This document shows, one piece after another, positions 7,029 to 16,615 of a stretch of DNA of 28,624 nucleotides. Both the position numbers and the translations under genes were made by a program. Positions within the stretch are counted from its first letter, which is position 1. The number at the start of each line of letters is the position of its first letter. The DNA is from an uncultured Thermotogae bacterium. GTDB lineage: Bacteria > Bipolaricaulota > Bipolaricaulia > UBA7950 > UBA9294. The stretch is taken from positions 1-28,624 of the forward strand of contig CAZDDA010000001.1 in the NCBI GenBank assembly GCA_964504085.1. Direction: 5' to 3'. Below the pieces are notes generated by a model. It was not told where the DNA came from and did no database searches. It saw nothing but the letters and a program-made list of their open reading frames with translations.

Positions 7029-7658
7029 ATGACTCCCCAGAGGAAGAAGAGCAAGAAGAAGGCGACATCGCCCTCCCGGAAATCCACGAAGAGAACCAAG
7101 AAAGCGACATCAGGTAAGAAGAAGACCGCAAAGGCGAAAAAGCCCGTTTCCAAATCCAGATCTCCGGTAGAAAAACGCACCCTTCTTACCCAGACCGAAC
7201 TCGCCCGAGTCTTCGGGGTCACGACCAAAACCGTGCAGCGGTGGGTGGAGCGCGGTCTCCCGCGCGAGGGCGAGGGTCGCAAAGCCACCTACCCTCTTGA
7301 ACCCTGTATCGCGTGGGTGCGGGAGAAGGATCGGGAGGAAGCGATCGATGCCGCGAGGCCGCGGACTCTGGAGGAGGCACGGATCCGGAAAGCGACCGCG
7401 GATGCGGAGCTCGCGGAATATGAGCTGGGCTTGAGGCGGAAGGAGCTCATGACCGTTGCCCAGTACAACGCTGCCGTGTCGGGCGCGTTCTCGAGGGTGA
7501 AAGCTCAATTAGTCACCCTTGAGAACAGACTCGCACCTGACGTGATTGGGATTCAGAAGCTCCTGGACGCACGATCGATCGTCCGCGAACACGTGCAACG
7601 AATCATGCAGGTTCTGTACGACGCCAAAGACGTGCCGGAATATGACGAGAAGGTATGA
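7029..7658 (+). CDS. terS: Terminase small subunit (Nu1-like) with Lys-rich N-terminal extension
   Basis: HTH LTQTELARVFGVTTKTVQRWVERGLP, coiled coil EARIRKATADAELAEYEL, ATGA overlap with terL. Confidence 0.9.
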   Translation: MTPQRKKSKKKATSPSRKSTKRTKKATSGKKKTAKAKKPVSKSRSPVEKRTLLTQTELARVFGVTTKTVQRWVERGLPREGEGRKATYPLEPCIAWVREKDREEAIDAARPRTLEEARIRKATADAELAEYELGLRRKELMTVAQYNAAVSGAFSRVKAQLVTLENRLAPDVIGIQKLLDARSIVREHVQRIMQVLYDAKDVPEYDEKV

Positions 7659-9565
7659 GTCTCGGAGACCGCCTGCACGGAGCCAAAGCCGCACGTCTGA
7701 ATGAGACGCAGTTTCGGCAATCGGTCTTCGCCCCTCCATCCGACCTCACGGTAAGTGAATGGGCGGATAAGCACCGGATTCTGAGCGAGGGTACTTCTCC
7801 AGAACCAGGTCCTTGGCGCACATCCCGCGTGCCCCACCTGCAAGAGATCATGGACGCTCTGGGTAATCCGGCAGTCGAACACATCGTGTTCGTGAAGTCC
7901 TCTCGCGTCGGTGCCACGGAAGCCATCAACAACTTCCTCGGCTACACGATCGACCAGGCGGCGGCCAACACGATGGTCATTCACCCCACCGTCGAGGAGG
8001 CGAAAGGTTGGTCGAAAGAACAGGTCGCACCGATGCTCCGCGACACTCCGCGGCTCAGAAACCGTGTCACTGATCATGAGTCCGGCCGGCGAGAAAGTGG
8101 CGACACGATTCAGTACAAGGAGTTCACGGGCGGGAATCTGGTCATCATGGGAAGCAACAGTGCATCAGGTCTGCGCCGGCGAAACATCCAGAACGTACTG
8201 GGTGACGAGCGTGACGCGCACGCCGCATCGGCGAAGGGTGGTATCAGCAAAGAAGGCGATCCATTCGAGCTCGCGATCAAGCGCACTGAGAACTTCCCGA
8301 TCAGAACCATCTTCGAGGCGTCATCACCTACGATCAGGGGGCTGTCTCGTATCGAGCGAGCATATGCGTTCTCCGATCAGCGACACTACTACGTGCCCTG
8401 CCCCCACTGCGGACACATGCAGGTCCTCAAGTGGCGGAATCTCAAATACACGGTCAAGTCGGACTCCAACCCCGAGACCGAAGAAGAGACCGACGATATA
8501 GACGTCGTATACATCTGTGGTGAGATCTCCAAAGACGGCGAACTCGAGGCGGGTTGTGGAGCAGAGATCACGGAAGAGCACAAGGCGTGGATGGTCCGGA
8601 ACGGCAAGTGGGTGGCGGCAAGACCTGGTCGGAAGGTCCGCGGCTATCACATTTGGGCGGCTTACTCGCTTCTCACGACGTGGTCGAGACTCGTCTCGCA
8701 GTGGCTTCGGGCACAGGGCGATGACGAGCTGCTGCAGGTATTCGTCAACACCGTGTTGGGCGAGAGCTGGAGTGAGACGGGTGAACACGTCCAACACGAT
8801 TCGCTCATGGCACGGAGGGAGCGATACGAAGCAGAGATTCCGAAACGCGCCGGCGTGCTCACTATGGGTGTTGATGTTCAGGGCGATCGTCTCGAGTACA
8901 GCACTTGGGCTTGGGGTGCAGGTGAAGAGTCGTGGCTCATCAAACACGAGGTCCTCTGGGGCGATCCCGCGAAGACAGAAGTGTGGGAGCAGCTGGACCT
9001 GGTGATTGGACGCGCCTGGAGGCATGAGTGCGGCGCCGAACTCAAGGTGAGATCAGTTTGCGTTGACACTGGAGGTCATTACACCGACGAGGTTTACCGC
9101 TATTGCAAGTCCCGAGAGAAATACGGAGTGCACGCAGTGAAGGGGGTGTCTGAACCGGGGCGCGCCGCCGTCGGGAATCCATCCAAGAAGAACCGGGGTA
9201 AGGTGAACCTCTTTCCGCTCGGCACGGAGGCCCTCAAAGACACCATCTTTGCGCGGCTCAAGGACGCCGCAGCCGGTCCGCGTTGCATGCACTTTCCATG
9301 GGTGGACGCCGAATATTTCAAGCAACTCACGTCCGAGGTGGCCTATACGCGGTATGTTAATGGCAGGCCTGTCCGCAGATACGTATTGAAGGAGCATGAA
9401 CGGAACGAGGCTTTGGACTGTGCGGTCTATGCCCTTGCGGCCCTCATCATCCTTGGTCCCGTCCGCGATCAACTGGGTGTGATCGTCGAAGCCGTGCAGC
9501 AGGGCAAGCAACTGACGCAGGCGAAACGTGGCCGGCGCGTCAGGTCACGCGGCATCACCAGGTAA
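7655..9565 (+). CDS. terL: Terminase large subunit, lambda GpA family
   Basis: Walker A VKSSRVGAT, Walker B VLGDE, CPHC Zn site, nuclease acidic motifs GVDVQ, VDTGG and RNEALDC. Confidence 0.97.
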   Translation: MSLGDRLHGAKAARLNETQFRQSVFAPPSDLTVSEWADKHRILSEGTSPEPGPWRTSRVPHLQEIMDALGNPAVEHIVFVKSSRVGATEAINNFLGYTIDQAAANTMVIHPTVEEAKGWSKEQVAPMLRDTPRLRNRVTDHESGRRESGDTIQYKEFTGGNLVIMGSNSASGLRRRNIQNVLGDERDAHAASAKGGISKEGDPFELAIKRTENFPIRTIFEASSPTIRGLSRIERAYAFSDQRHYYVPCPHCGHMQVLKWRNLKYTVKSDSNPETEEETDDIDVVYICGEISKDGELEAGCGAEITEEHKAWMVRNGKWVAARPGRKVRGYHIWAAYSLLTTWSRLVSQWLRAQGDDELLQVFVNTVLGESWSETGEHVQHDSLMARRERYEAEIPKRAGVLTMGVDVQGDRLEYSTWAWGAGEESWLIKHEVLWGDPAKTEVWEQLDLVIGRAWRHECGAELKVRSVCVDTGGHYTDEVYRYCKSREKYGVHAVKGVSEPGRAAVGNPSKKNRGKVNLFPLGTEALKDTIFARLKDAAAGPRCMHFPWVDAEYFKQLTSEVAYTRYVNGRPVRRYVLKEHERNEALDCAVYALAALIILGPVRDQLGVIVEAVQQGKQLTQAKRGRRVRSRGITR

Positions 9566-9580
9566 TTCCTACCGAGGAAC

Positions 9581-9609
9581 TTGCGCCATTTCCGGGGTGT
9601 TCACATATT
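9581..9609 (+). promoter_or_regulatory. Putative sigma70-type promoter P2: TTGCGC-N17-CATATT
   Basis: Hexamers with 17-bp spacing in the terL-gpW intergenic gap. Confidence 0.5.
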
Positions 9610-9642
9610 CGGGTAAGACAATCTGAGCAGTAATCTGTACTC

Positions 9643-9693
9643 GAGAGGCCACTGGGCCCTTTCCCCGTTGGGATGCGGGGAGGGGGCCTTTTT
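9643..9693 (+). terminator. 51-nt leader/intrinsic terminator element, copy 2
   Basis: Same GAGAGGCCAC motif, 14-bp stem and U tract as 1097-1147. The stem differences are C-to-U changes opposite G. Confidence 0.85.
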
Positions 9694-9707
9694 CTTTTGG
9701 GGGACAG

Positions 9708-10034
9708 TTGGCAACCAGCAGCGAACTCTGGCAACGAAGACATACCGAAGTCGTCGAAGCGATCGAAGCGATCGATAACGGCGGCTCATACGTGATCCAG
9801 ACTCGCACCTTCACCTCCGCCGACATGGTAGAACTCGAGGCGATGGAACGCCTGTATGCGATCTATCTAGCAATCAGCCGGATTGAAGGGGGCGCTCAGC
9901 AGTATACGATCGGTCAACGTCGCTTCGGCCGTGGCGATCTTGCCCAGCTTTATTCAGAGCGGCGTGTTGCCAGGATAGCTCTCGCTCGGATCCGACAGGG
10001 CGGCATCCGTGTGAGGCAGGTGATTCCTACATGA
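9708..10034 (+). CDS. gpW-like head-completion/adaptor protein with two tandem gpW-like units (108 aa)
   Basis: Located between terL and portal. Two copies of AI..I..GG..Y.I..R.F...D(L/M)..L. TTG start after SD GGGGA. Confidence 0.8.
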   Translation: MATSSELWQRRHTEVVEAIEAIDNGGSYVIQTRTFTSADMVELEAMERLYAIYLAISRIEGGAQQYTIGQRRFGRGDLAQLYSERRVARIALARIRQGGIRVRQVIPT

Positions 10035-11647
10035 GCACCGCCGTCGTTCCCCGGGTCGAAGTGCCCAAGCCCACAATGATCGACAGGGCGATCGAGTATT
10101 TCGCCCCTCAACGCGCCGTCAGGCGACTCCACGCGCGGGCGGTCTTGAGCTTCGCAAGCGGAGGCTATGACGGCGCTCGCACCGACCGTCCTGCGACAAG
10201 GGAATGGCAGCCTCGAGGCGGAGACGCAGACGAGAACCAGCTGCCCGATCTTCCGATGCTCCGGAGGCGAAGCAGTGACCTCGTGCGCAACGCCCCTGTC
10301 GCCGCCGGTGCTCTTGAGACAACCGCGACTAGCACTGTCGGCGCCGGACTCGTCCTTCATGCCCGCATCGACCGAGATCTCCTCGGACTCTCAGAGAAAG
10401 AAGCAGACGCGTGGGAGCGCGATGCCGAACGTTTCTTCGCTGCCTGGGCCGGGAGTCACGCCTGCGACATCACGAGGCGCCACGATTTCTATACGCTCCA
10501 GGATGTTGTGTTCCGTTCGCAGCTGGAGCGTGGCGACGTCTTGGTGATCCGGCGGTACCGTGAGCGCCCTGGCGAGCTCCTCGGATTGAAGCTTCAGCTG
10601 ATTGAGGCGGACAGAATCTCGAATCCCGAAGACCGCGCTGACAGCGATCGACTGAAGGGTGGAGTTGAGATAGACAGTTTCGGGGCCCCAATCAGGTACC
10701 ATGTCGCAGACAAGCATCCGGATTCCGGTTTGTACCGCGGCCAGAGGCAATGGAAGCCGGTGCCGGCATTTGGTCAGTCGGGAGAGAAGCTCGCTCTACA
10801 CGTCTTCAAGCCGGACCGTGTCGGCCAGACCCGAGGCACACCCATTTTCGCACCAGTGATCGAGACGCTGAAACAGCTCGAGCGCTACACCGGTGCGGAA
10901 CTATCGGCGGCCGAGATCTCCTCGTTCTTCACAGCTTTTATCAAGTCGGCCGTCGAAGCAGAAGCCGGATCCGGTCTCGCGCCTGTCGATGCGGACGATC
11001 CAGATCCACCTGCCGCATCGAACTACAAAATGGGGCCGGCAGCCGTACTCGACTTGGCTCCAGGTGAGGACGTCGAGTTCGCCAATCCGACGCGGCCCAA
11101 CGCGCAGTTCGATCCATTCTTCCAGGCTGTGCTTCGTCAGGTGGGTCCAGCAATCGGTCTGCCTTTCGAGCTGCTCGTCCTGCACTTCACATCGAGCTAC
11201 AGTGCGTCGCGGGCGGCAATGCTCGAGGCATGGCGCAGGTTCATGACCCGCCGCTGCTGGCTAGCCCGTCTCTTCTGCCAACCCTCTTACGAGTGGGCGA
11301 TTACCGAAGGGGTGTTGCGTGGCATCATCTCGGCGCCGGGTTACCTGCAGGACCCGATCATCCGGCGAGCCTGGCTCGGTTCGGAATGGATCGGTGGAGC
11401 TCAGGGTCAAATCGATCCGCTCAAGGAAATCAAGGCCGCCGAAGGCCGTACGACGCTCGGAGTCACGACGCTCGCCGAAGAGACTGCTCAGATGACCGGT
11501 GGCGATTGGGAGCGGAAGCATCGCCAGCGTGTGAAGGAAGAGCGTATGCGACGGCGCGACGGACTGGTCAGCGCGACCGCCTCACTCCCCGACGAGGAAG
11601 AGGCGGACTCCGGCAAGCAGGAAGAGGAGGAAGACCGTGAAGACTAG
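10031..11647 (+). CDS. Portal protein, lambda family
   Basis: GYDGA, RSSDLVRN, DRVGQTRG, YSASRAAML and IDPLKE motifs, plus synteny. Confidence 0.96.
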   Translation: MSTAVVPRVEVPKPTMIDRAIEYFAPQRAVRRLHARAVLSFASGGYDGARTDRPATREWQPRGGDADENQLPDLPMLRRRSSDLVRNAPVAAGALETTATSTVGAGLVLHARIDRDLLGLSEKEADAWERDAERFFAAWAGSHACDITRRHDFYTLQDVVFRSQLERGDVLVIRRYRERPGELLGLKLQLIEADRISNPEDRADSDRLKGGVEIDSFGAPIRYHVADKHPDSGLYRGQRQWKPVPAFGQSGEKLALHVFKPDRVGQTRGTPIFAPVIETLKQLERYTGAELSAAEISSFFTAFIKSAVEAEAGSGLAPVDADDPDPPAASNYKMGPAAVLDLAPGEDVEFANPTRPNAQFDPFFQAVLRQVGPAIGLPFELLVLHFTSSYSASRAAMLEAWRRFMTRRCWLARLFCQPSYEWAITEGVLRGIISAPGYLQDPIIRRAWLGSEWIGGAQGQIDPLKEIKAAEGRTTLGVTTLAEETAQMTGGDWERKHRQRVKEERMRRRDGLVSATASLPDEEEADSGKQEEEEDRED

Positions 11648-13028
11648 CGTCCCTGGTCAGATGACGTTCGAGACGATGTCTCCCAAGGAGATGGCGGACG
11701 TGTTCACCGAGAGGCATGCCGGCGAACGCGATCGGCCGCGGCGCGCGTACCTCGCGGCACTCGGCACAGTGTGGGCGATGACGGAGGAGTGGGTGGAGAC
11801 CGTCCTCCAGATCGCAAACCGTGAGAACGATTCGATCGAGGCAGTGGAAGCGAGGCTCGGCCGGGAGCTCGACAACACGCAGAGTGTCACTATGCGAGAC
11901 GGTGTGGCGACGATACCGATCCGCGGCCCGCTCATGAGGTACGGTAACCTCCTGTCACGCGTCAGTGGTGCGAGCTCGTACCAGGTGCTCGCAACCGACT
12001 TCACTACTGCGATCGAAGACTCAGCTGTGAAGGCCGTTCTGCTGGCCGTCGACAGTCCCGGTGGGACTGTGAACGGAGTCGAGGAACTCGGAGAATTGAT
12101 CTATAAGGCGCGCGGTATAAAACCGATCGTCGCGCACGTTTCAAACGATGGTGCGTCGGCTGCTTACTGGATAGCGAGTGCTGCCGACGAGATCCTGGCC
12201 GGCAAAACAGCGGTACTCGGTTCGATCGGCGTGCGCTCCACGTATGTCGACTACCGCGGATGGGAAGAGAAACAGGGTATCCACACCTACGAGTTCCTCT
12301 CGAGCCAATCCCCGAAGAAAAAATTCGATCCTGAGGTGAAGGACGATCGCGCGCGCCTGCAGGTGCTGCTCGACGACCTCGCTGAAGTCATGGGCAATGC
12401 CATCGGGCGAAATCGCGGGATTACTGCTCAAGAGGTCTTTGAGACCTATGGCGCCGGCGACGTGATGGTGGGAGAGCGGGCTGTTGACGCAGGTCTCGCC
12501 GATCGGATCGGCACGTATGAGGAGATTCACGCCGAGCTCGCAGCTCGGGTATCGGATTCGAAATCACTTCTGTTCACGGGCGGCGCGGCCGCCAACGACA
12601 AGGAGCCAGAAATGTCGGATGAGAAAAAGACACCTGACACGCCCGACACCGAGGCCAAAAAGCTGACGGCCGAGCAGATCGCGGAGCAGTACCCGGATTT
12701 CGTGAAAGCGTGGCGGAAGGAAGGCGCTGATGCCGAGCGCGCACGCCTGAAGGGTATCGACGCACTCGCTGAAGCCGGACATGAGGACCTCATCCAGGAG
12801 TGCAAGGACAATCCCGACTGCACGCCTGAGACCGCGGCGTTTCGCATGAAATTGGCCGAGAAGAAAGCGAAAAAGGACGGGCTCGACGCCCTCGAGAAAG
12901 ACGAGGAAGAACTCGATCCTCCAGATCCGCACGGCTCGGAAGAGTCGGATCCGGGATCCGAGGCTGCGATCGCGCGGAGAATTCTATCCGCCGGCAGGGT
13001 CGAGGTTCACAAGAAGACGGCGTCCTGA
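11637..13028 (+). CDS. Head maturation protease (S49, gpC-like) with C-terminal scaffold
   Basis: IPIRGPL, VDSPGG, ASAAYWIASAAD and GSIGV motifs, with an acidic coiled-coil C-terminal third (AERARLKGI). Confidence 0.93.
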   Translation: MKTSVPGQMTFETMSPKEMADVFTERHAGERDRPRRAYLAALGTVWAMTEEWVETVLQIANRENDSIEAVEARLGRELDNTQSVTMRDGVATIPIRGPLMRYGNLLSRVSGASSYQVLATDFTTAIEDSAVKAVLLAVDSPGGTVNGVEELGELIYKARGIKPIVAHVSNDGASAAYWIASAADEILAGKTAVLGSIGVRSTYVDYRGWEEKQGIHTYEFLSSQSPKKKFDPEVKDDRARLQVLLDDLAEVMGNAIGRNRGITAQEVFETYGAGDVMVGERAVDAGLADRIGTYEEIHAELAARVSDSKSLLFTGGAAANDKEPEMSDEKKTPDTPDTEAKKLTAEQIAEQYPDFVKAWRKEGADAERARLKGIDALAEAGHEDLIQECKDNPDCTPETAAFRMKLAEKKAKKDGLDALEKDEEELDPPDPHGSEESDPGSEAAIARRILSAGRVEVHKKTAS

Positions 13029-13074
13029 TGGCGCCGGCAGGACAGTCGTTCACACTCACGGAGGATAGTACATC

Positions 13075-13446
13075 ATGACCTCTCCAAGCTTCAGCACTGA
13101 GACCAAGTCTCTGCTCAACCTGTTCGCGGGAGAGTTCCCGCGGTCAATGCTGACCGTGACCATCGAGTCCGGTCAGAATCTCACGGCCGGCGCAGTTCTC
13201 GGAAAGATCGACTCGAGCGGCAAGTTCGTGCTCTCGCTGGCCGCCGCCGGCGACGGGTCCGAGACTCCGATCGCGATCCTCGCGGAAGACTGCGACGCAA
13301 GCTCTGCGGACGTGGAAGCCACGGCGTACTTCAGTGGCGATTTCGCCCAGGCCGCCCTCACGCTAGGGACCGGTCACACGGTCGCGTCGATCCTTTGGGG
13401 GTTGGTGGCACGACAGATCTACCTCCGGGAGACCACGGAAGCGTAA
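13075..13446 (+). CDS. Head decoration protein (gpD-like)
   Basis: GQNLTAGAVLG...DGSETPIAILAED...AYFSGDF motif, located between protease and capsid genes. Confidence 0.9.
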   Translation: MTSPSFSTETKSLLNLFAGEFPRSMLTVTIESGQNLTAGAVLGKIDSSGKFVLSLAAAGDGSETPIAILAEDCDASSADVEATAYFSGDFAQAALTLGTGHTVASILWGLVARQIYLRETTEA

Positions 13447-13506
13447 ACAGCGGCTCGAAGGAAACCAGAGCGGCAACTACTCACACGTTGGTAAGGAGCA
13501 CGAATC

Positions 13507-14523
13507 ATGGATGAGTACTCAACTGGTGTTCTGAATCGGGTCGTCCAGGATCTCGAACAGCCATCGAGCTTCCTGCTGGACCTGTTTTTCCCCGGAACGC
13601 AGACCGAGGAATCGGAGGAGATTCACTTCGACGTCGAAAGCTCGAAGAGGCGAATCACACCATTTGTATCCCCACTTCGCGCAGGCCGAGTGGTAGACAA
13701 CGAAGGGTTTACCACGGGCATCTTCAAGCCTGCGTACGCCAAGGACAAGCGGAAGTTCAATCCGTCGGACCCCTTGAAGCGGGCGATCGGCGAACAGATC
13801 GGCGGCAACATGAGTCCGCAGGAGCGGAGAGACGCCGCTCTTCGTGCCGCGATCGAGGACCAGCTCAAGATGCTGACCCGCCGCGAAGAGGTAATGGCGA
13901 GCGAGGCCCTTCGCACCGGTAAGGTGACCGTTTCAGGTGATGGGTACCCGACCACGGTCGTCGACTATCTCCGTGAAGCGGGCCTCACGGTGACGCTCAC
14001 GTCCACCGCTCGGTGGAACGACTCGGCGCCGGTACCTCTCGACAACCTCGAAACCTGGGCGGGCCTGATCCAGACACATAGCGGTGCGGTCGCGATCGAC
14101 GTCGTCATGGATCCGGATGCGTGGACGAACTTCCGCGACAAGACCGAGGTGAAGGACCTCCTCGATACCAGGCGCGGATCCGCTTCCACTGCCGAGATCG
14201 GTCCTCGTGCCGCGAGGAAGGCTCGATTCGGCGGAACGATCGGCGACTTCAACTTCTGGATCTACAGCGACAGCTACGTCGACGACGCAGGCAGCACGCA
14301 GCTCATGCTGCCGTCGGGCACGGTGATCCTCTCCGGTCCGGATCTCGAGGGCGTCCGCGCGTATGGAGCCATCCAGGATGAGAAGGCCCAATACAACGCA
14401 CAGCGCTACTTCATCAAGAGCTGGCTCGAGGAAGATCCGGCGGTCAGGTGGTTGCTGCTGCAGTCCGCCCCGTTGGTGGTGCCGTATCGCGTAAACGCGA
14501 GCCTCTGCGCCACCGTCCTGTAA
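13507..14523 (+). CDS. Major capsid protein (lambda gpE family)
   Basis: FLLDLFFP, PFVSP, RREEVMA.EAL..GK, YGAI and QSAPL motifs, 338 aa. Confidence 0.96.
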   Translation: MDEYSTGVLNRVVQDLEQPSSFLLDLFFPGTQTEESEEIHFDVESSKRRITPFVSPLRAGRVVDNEGFTTGIFKPAYAKDKRKFNPSDPLKRAIGEQIGGNMSPQERRDAALRAAIEDQLKMLTRREEVMASEALRTGKVTVSGDGYPTTVVDYLREAGLTVTLTSTARWNDSAPVPLDNLETWAGLIQTHSGAVAIDVVMDPDAWTNFRDKTEVKDLLDTRRGSASTAEIGPRAARKARFGGTIGDFNFWIYSDSYVDDAGSTQLMLPSGTVILSGPDLEGVRAYGAIQDEKAQYNAQRYFIKSWLEEDPAVRWLLLQSAPLVVPYRVNASLCATVL

Positions 14524-14556
14524 CGGTCGGCAACTGAGCTCGAGTTGAAACCGGAG

Positions 14557-14586
14557 AGCCGGCGTTTCGCAATGAGCGCGCCGGCT
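14557..14586 (+). other. GC-rich hairpin after the capsid gene (no U tract)
   Basis: AGCCGGCG (14557-14564) pairs with CGCCGGCT (14579-14586). Confidence 0.45.
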
Positions 14587-14609
14587 TCCCAACAACCATG
14601 AGGTGTCCA

Positions 14610-14831
14610 ATGGATTACGTAGCGACCTGCACAATCCACCACAACACGCGGGCCAACGAAAAGAGCCCGGTCGTGCAGAAGATCTTCGCACCTGACGATG
14701 TCGTCGACATTGCTGACAAAGCCGAGATGAAGCGGCTGTTGGACCTCGGGGCAATCAAGCCCAAGGAGGCGCCTGAGGAAGTCGAGGACGAAACGGCTCC
14801 GGAACAGAAGCCTGGCAAGAAGGGCAAATAG
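14610..14831 (+). CDS. Small protein after the capsid gene (gpFI position, 73 aa)
   Basis: SD AGGTG before ATG 14610. Acidic/Lys-rich tail typical of this slot. Confidence 0.7.
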   Translation: MDYVATCTIHHNTRANEKSPVVQKIFAPDDVVDIADKAEMKRLLDLGAIKPKEAPEEVEDETAPEQKPGKKGK

Positions 14832-14834
14832 CAC

Positions 14835-15131
14835 GTGGTCTACGAGCCCGACGACCTCGAGGTGTTCCTCGGAGATAACCCGTGCAACGTGGTCTTGGGT
14901 AGCGATGAGACTAAGGCGGAAGTGAACATCGGCCCCACTGAAGAGACCGACGATCTCCAGCTCGAGGTCGAGTTCACACAAACCTGGATCCGGATCGTGG
15001 CCGGTGCGCTGCCCGACCTCACCGTCGGCTCCGTTCCCACGGTTGACGGTTCCGAATTCCGCGTCCGTTCGATCCGGAAAAGCGAACCCGACGGCGCCTT
15101 CGAGCTCGTGACACTGGTCGAGGAAACATGA
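14835..15131 (+). CDS. Head-tail joining protein (gpFII-like)
   Basis: 98 aa beta-rich protein ending G...TVDG.EFRV.SI...PDG, plus synteny. Confidence 0.75.
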   Translation: MVYEPDDLEVFLGDNPCNVVLGSDETKAEVNIGPTEETDDLQLEVEFTQTWIRIVAGALPDLTVGSVPTVDGSEFRVRSIRKSEPDGAFELVTLVEET

Positions 15132-15655
15132 ACGTCGAGGGCGTGAAACTGATCGCCGACTGGTTGGGTGACGCGACATGGGGGGTGAATACGCTCCTGC
15201 CCACGGTGCCGCGCTATACCGGCCACGACCAACCGCCAGACGTCGCAGCGATTGAAAACGAATTCGACCACGATTCGGTTGCGCTACGCTCAGTTCCCGA
15301 ATCGCTCACTGGGCCCAGGATTTGGGTGTTTCAGTTCGACCAGATCTTGCTCGAGGCCGGAGTCACAACGGAGTTCCGAGCTGGAGAGATGCCGACTGTC
15401 ATCGGATACATCCACCAGAAAAGCGAGACTGCGAAAGGTCTGCGTGACGCGTCGTACACGCTTCGGGCGATCGAGTGGTCCCTTGCTGCACTTCAGCGCC
15501 AGGGCAGTGCCACGAGAACCGCTAACAACATCGGCCTCAACAACTTCCGGCAGCCGTTCGATCGCGTGCCGCCATTTGTGCCACTTGAATCCGGACGTCT
15601 GACGTCTGGCCTTGTCGTGCGGGTCGTCCTACGCGACCTCCAGGCGCAGCCGTAG
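15128..15655 (+). CDS. Tail terminator-like protein (gpU position)
   Basis: 175 aa, located between the FII-like gene and the tail tube gene, ATGA overlap. Confidence 0.6.
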   Translation: MNVEGVKLIADWLGDATWGVNTLLPTVPRYTGHDQPPDVAAIENEFDHDSVALRSVPESLTGPRIWVFQFDQILLEAGVTTEFRAGEMPTVIGYIHQKSETAKGLRDASYTLRAIEWSLAALQRQGSATRTANNIGLNNFRQPFDRVPPFVPLESGRLTSGLVVRVVLRDLQAQP

Positions 15656-15670
15656 CAGGGAGACTGAACG

Positions 15671-16615
15671 ATGCTGTATCCAATTGATAGCGACGGCGTA
15701 CTTGTGAAGCTCGAGACGGTCTACGGAACCGATCCGACTCCCAGTCCGTCCTCCGATTTCGTACGAGTCGCGCAGCGGATGTGGAGCAACATCGAGGTTG
15801 CCCATGAATGGGAGAACCTGCGCGAGGAGACCGCCACGGGCTCGAACCAGCCGGCTCCGCCCGCACTACCGAAGGGCCGTGTCATCACGTTCAACCTGTA
15901 CGTCGAAATGCGTGGCAGCGGCACTGAGGATACGCCTCCGGAGTGGGATGCGCTGCACCAGGCCTGCGGGAACGATCAGGTCGTCAACACCGGTGTCGAC
16001 GTGCAGTATCCGTGGATCAGTGACGTGAACAGCCACGAGAGCGTGACCATTTACGCCTACAGCGGCAACAAGCTGTTCAAAGGTCACGGATGCGTAGGTG
16101 ACGTCGAGTGGATCGTCACAGGCGGCGAAGTCACGATCCTCCACTACACGATACAGGGGATCATGGTCGACAACCCGACTGAAGTAAGCGTCCCAACCAT
16201 CGATTATGGCGCTATACTGCCGCCCCCCGCCGTCGACGTAACGGCGCTGATCGGTGGCACGATCGCGACCGATTTCACTCAAATCACCATCGCACAAGGC
16301 AATGAAGTAGTGCGTGTCACATCGCCAAACGTCTCCGTCGGAATCGACGGCCTCAGGATCGCCGTCCCGAGATGCAGACCCGTGGTCACGATCAACGCAA
16401 AAGCGGAGGCGATCAGTACTTACAGCCCCTGGGCAGATGAGCGCGCCCGCACGGAACGAGCTCTTCAAGTGAGGGTCGGAACCGCCGGCGGCGAGCGGCT
16501 GACGTTCGACGTCGACGTCGCGCACGTACAGGCACCAGGCAATGAAGACCAGGATGGATTCACAGGGAACGTGCTCACATTCCGCTGTATGGATCATCTC
16601 TGGACCCACGATTAA
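15671..16615 (+). CDS. Major tail tube protein
   Basis: VKLETVYGTDPTP N-terminus, 314 aa beta-rich, upstream of the chaperones and tape measure. Confidence 0.85.
   Translation: MLYPIDSDGVLVKLETVYGTDPTPSPSSDFVRVAQRMWSNIEVAHEWENLREETATGSNQPAPPALPKGRVITFNLYVEMRGSGTEDTPPEWDALHQACGNDQVVNTGVDVQYPWISDVNSHESVTIYAYSGNKLFKGHGCVGDVEWIVTGGEVTILHYTIQGIMVDNPTEVSVPTIDYGAILPPPAVDVTALIGGTIATDFTQITIAQGNEVVRVTSPNVSVGIDGLRIAVPRCRPVVTINAKAEAISTYSPWADERARTERALQVRVGTAGGERLTFDVDVAHVQAPGNEDQDGFTGNVLTFRCMDHLWTHD

Noticed and set aside
9763-9783. Short tandem CGAAGCGAT repeat in the gpW-like gene
   Set aside because: It simply encodes EAIEAI, too short to imply a function.
14118-14128. Third copy of the 21-bp repeat (GGATGCGTGGA inside the capsid gene)
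   Set aside because: Only 11 bp match within coding sequence, which is expected by chance.
13933-14754. Long antisense ORFs (also 4672-5322, 8324-9025, 14406-15179, 15866-16720, 22172-23017, 23030-23953, 24783-25499)
   Set aside because: Shadows of well-supported + strand genes in high-GC DNA, with no motifs and no RBS support.
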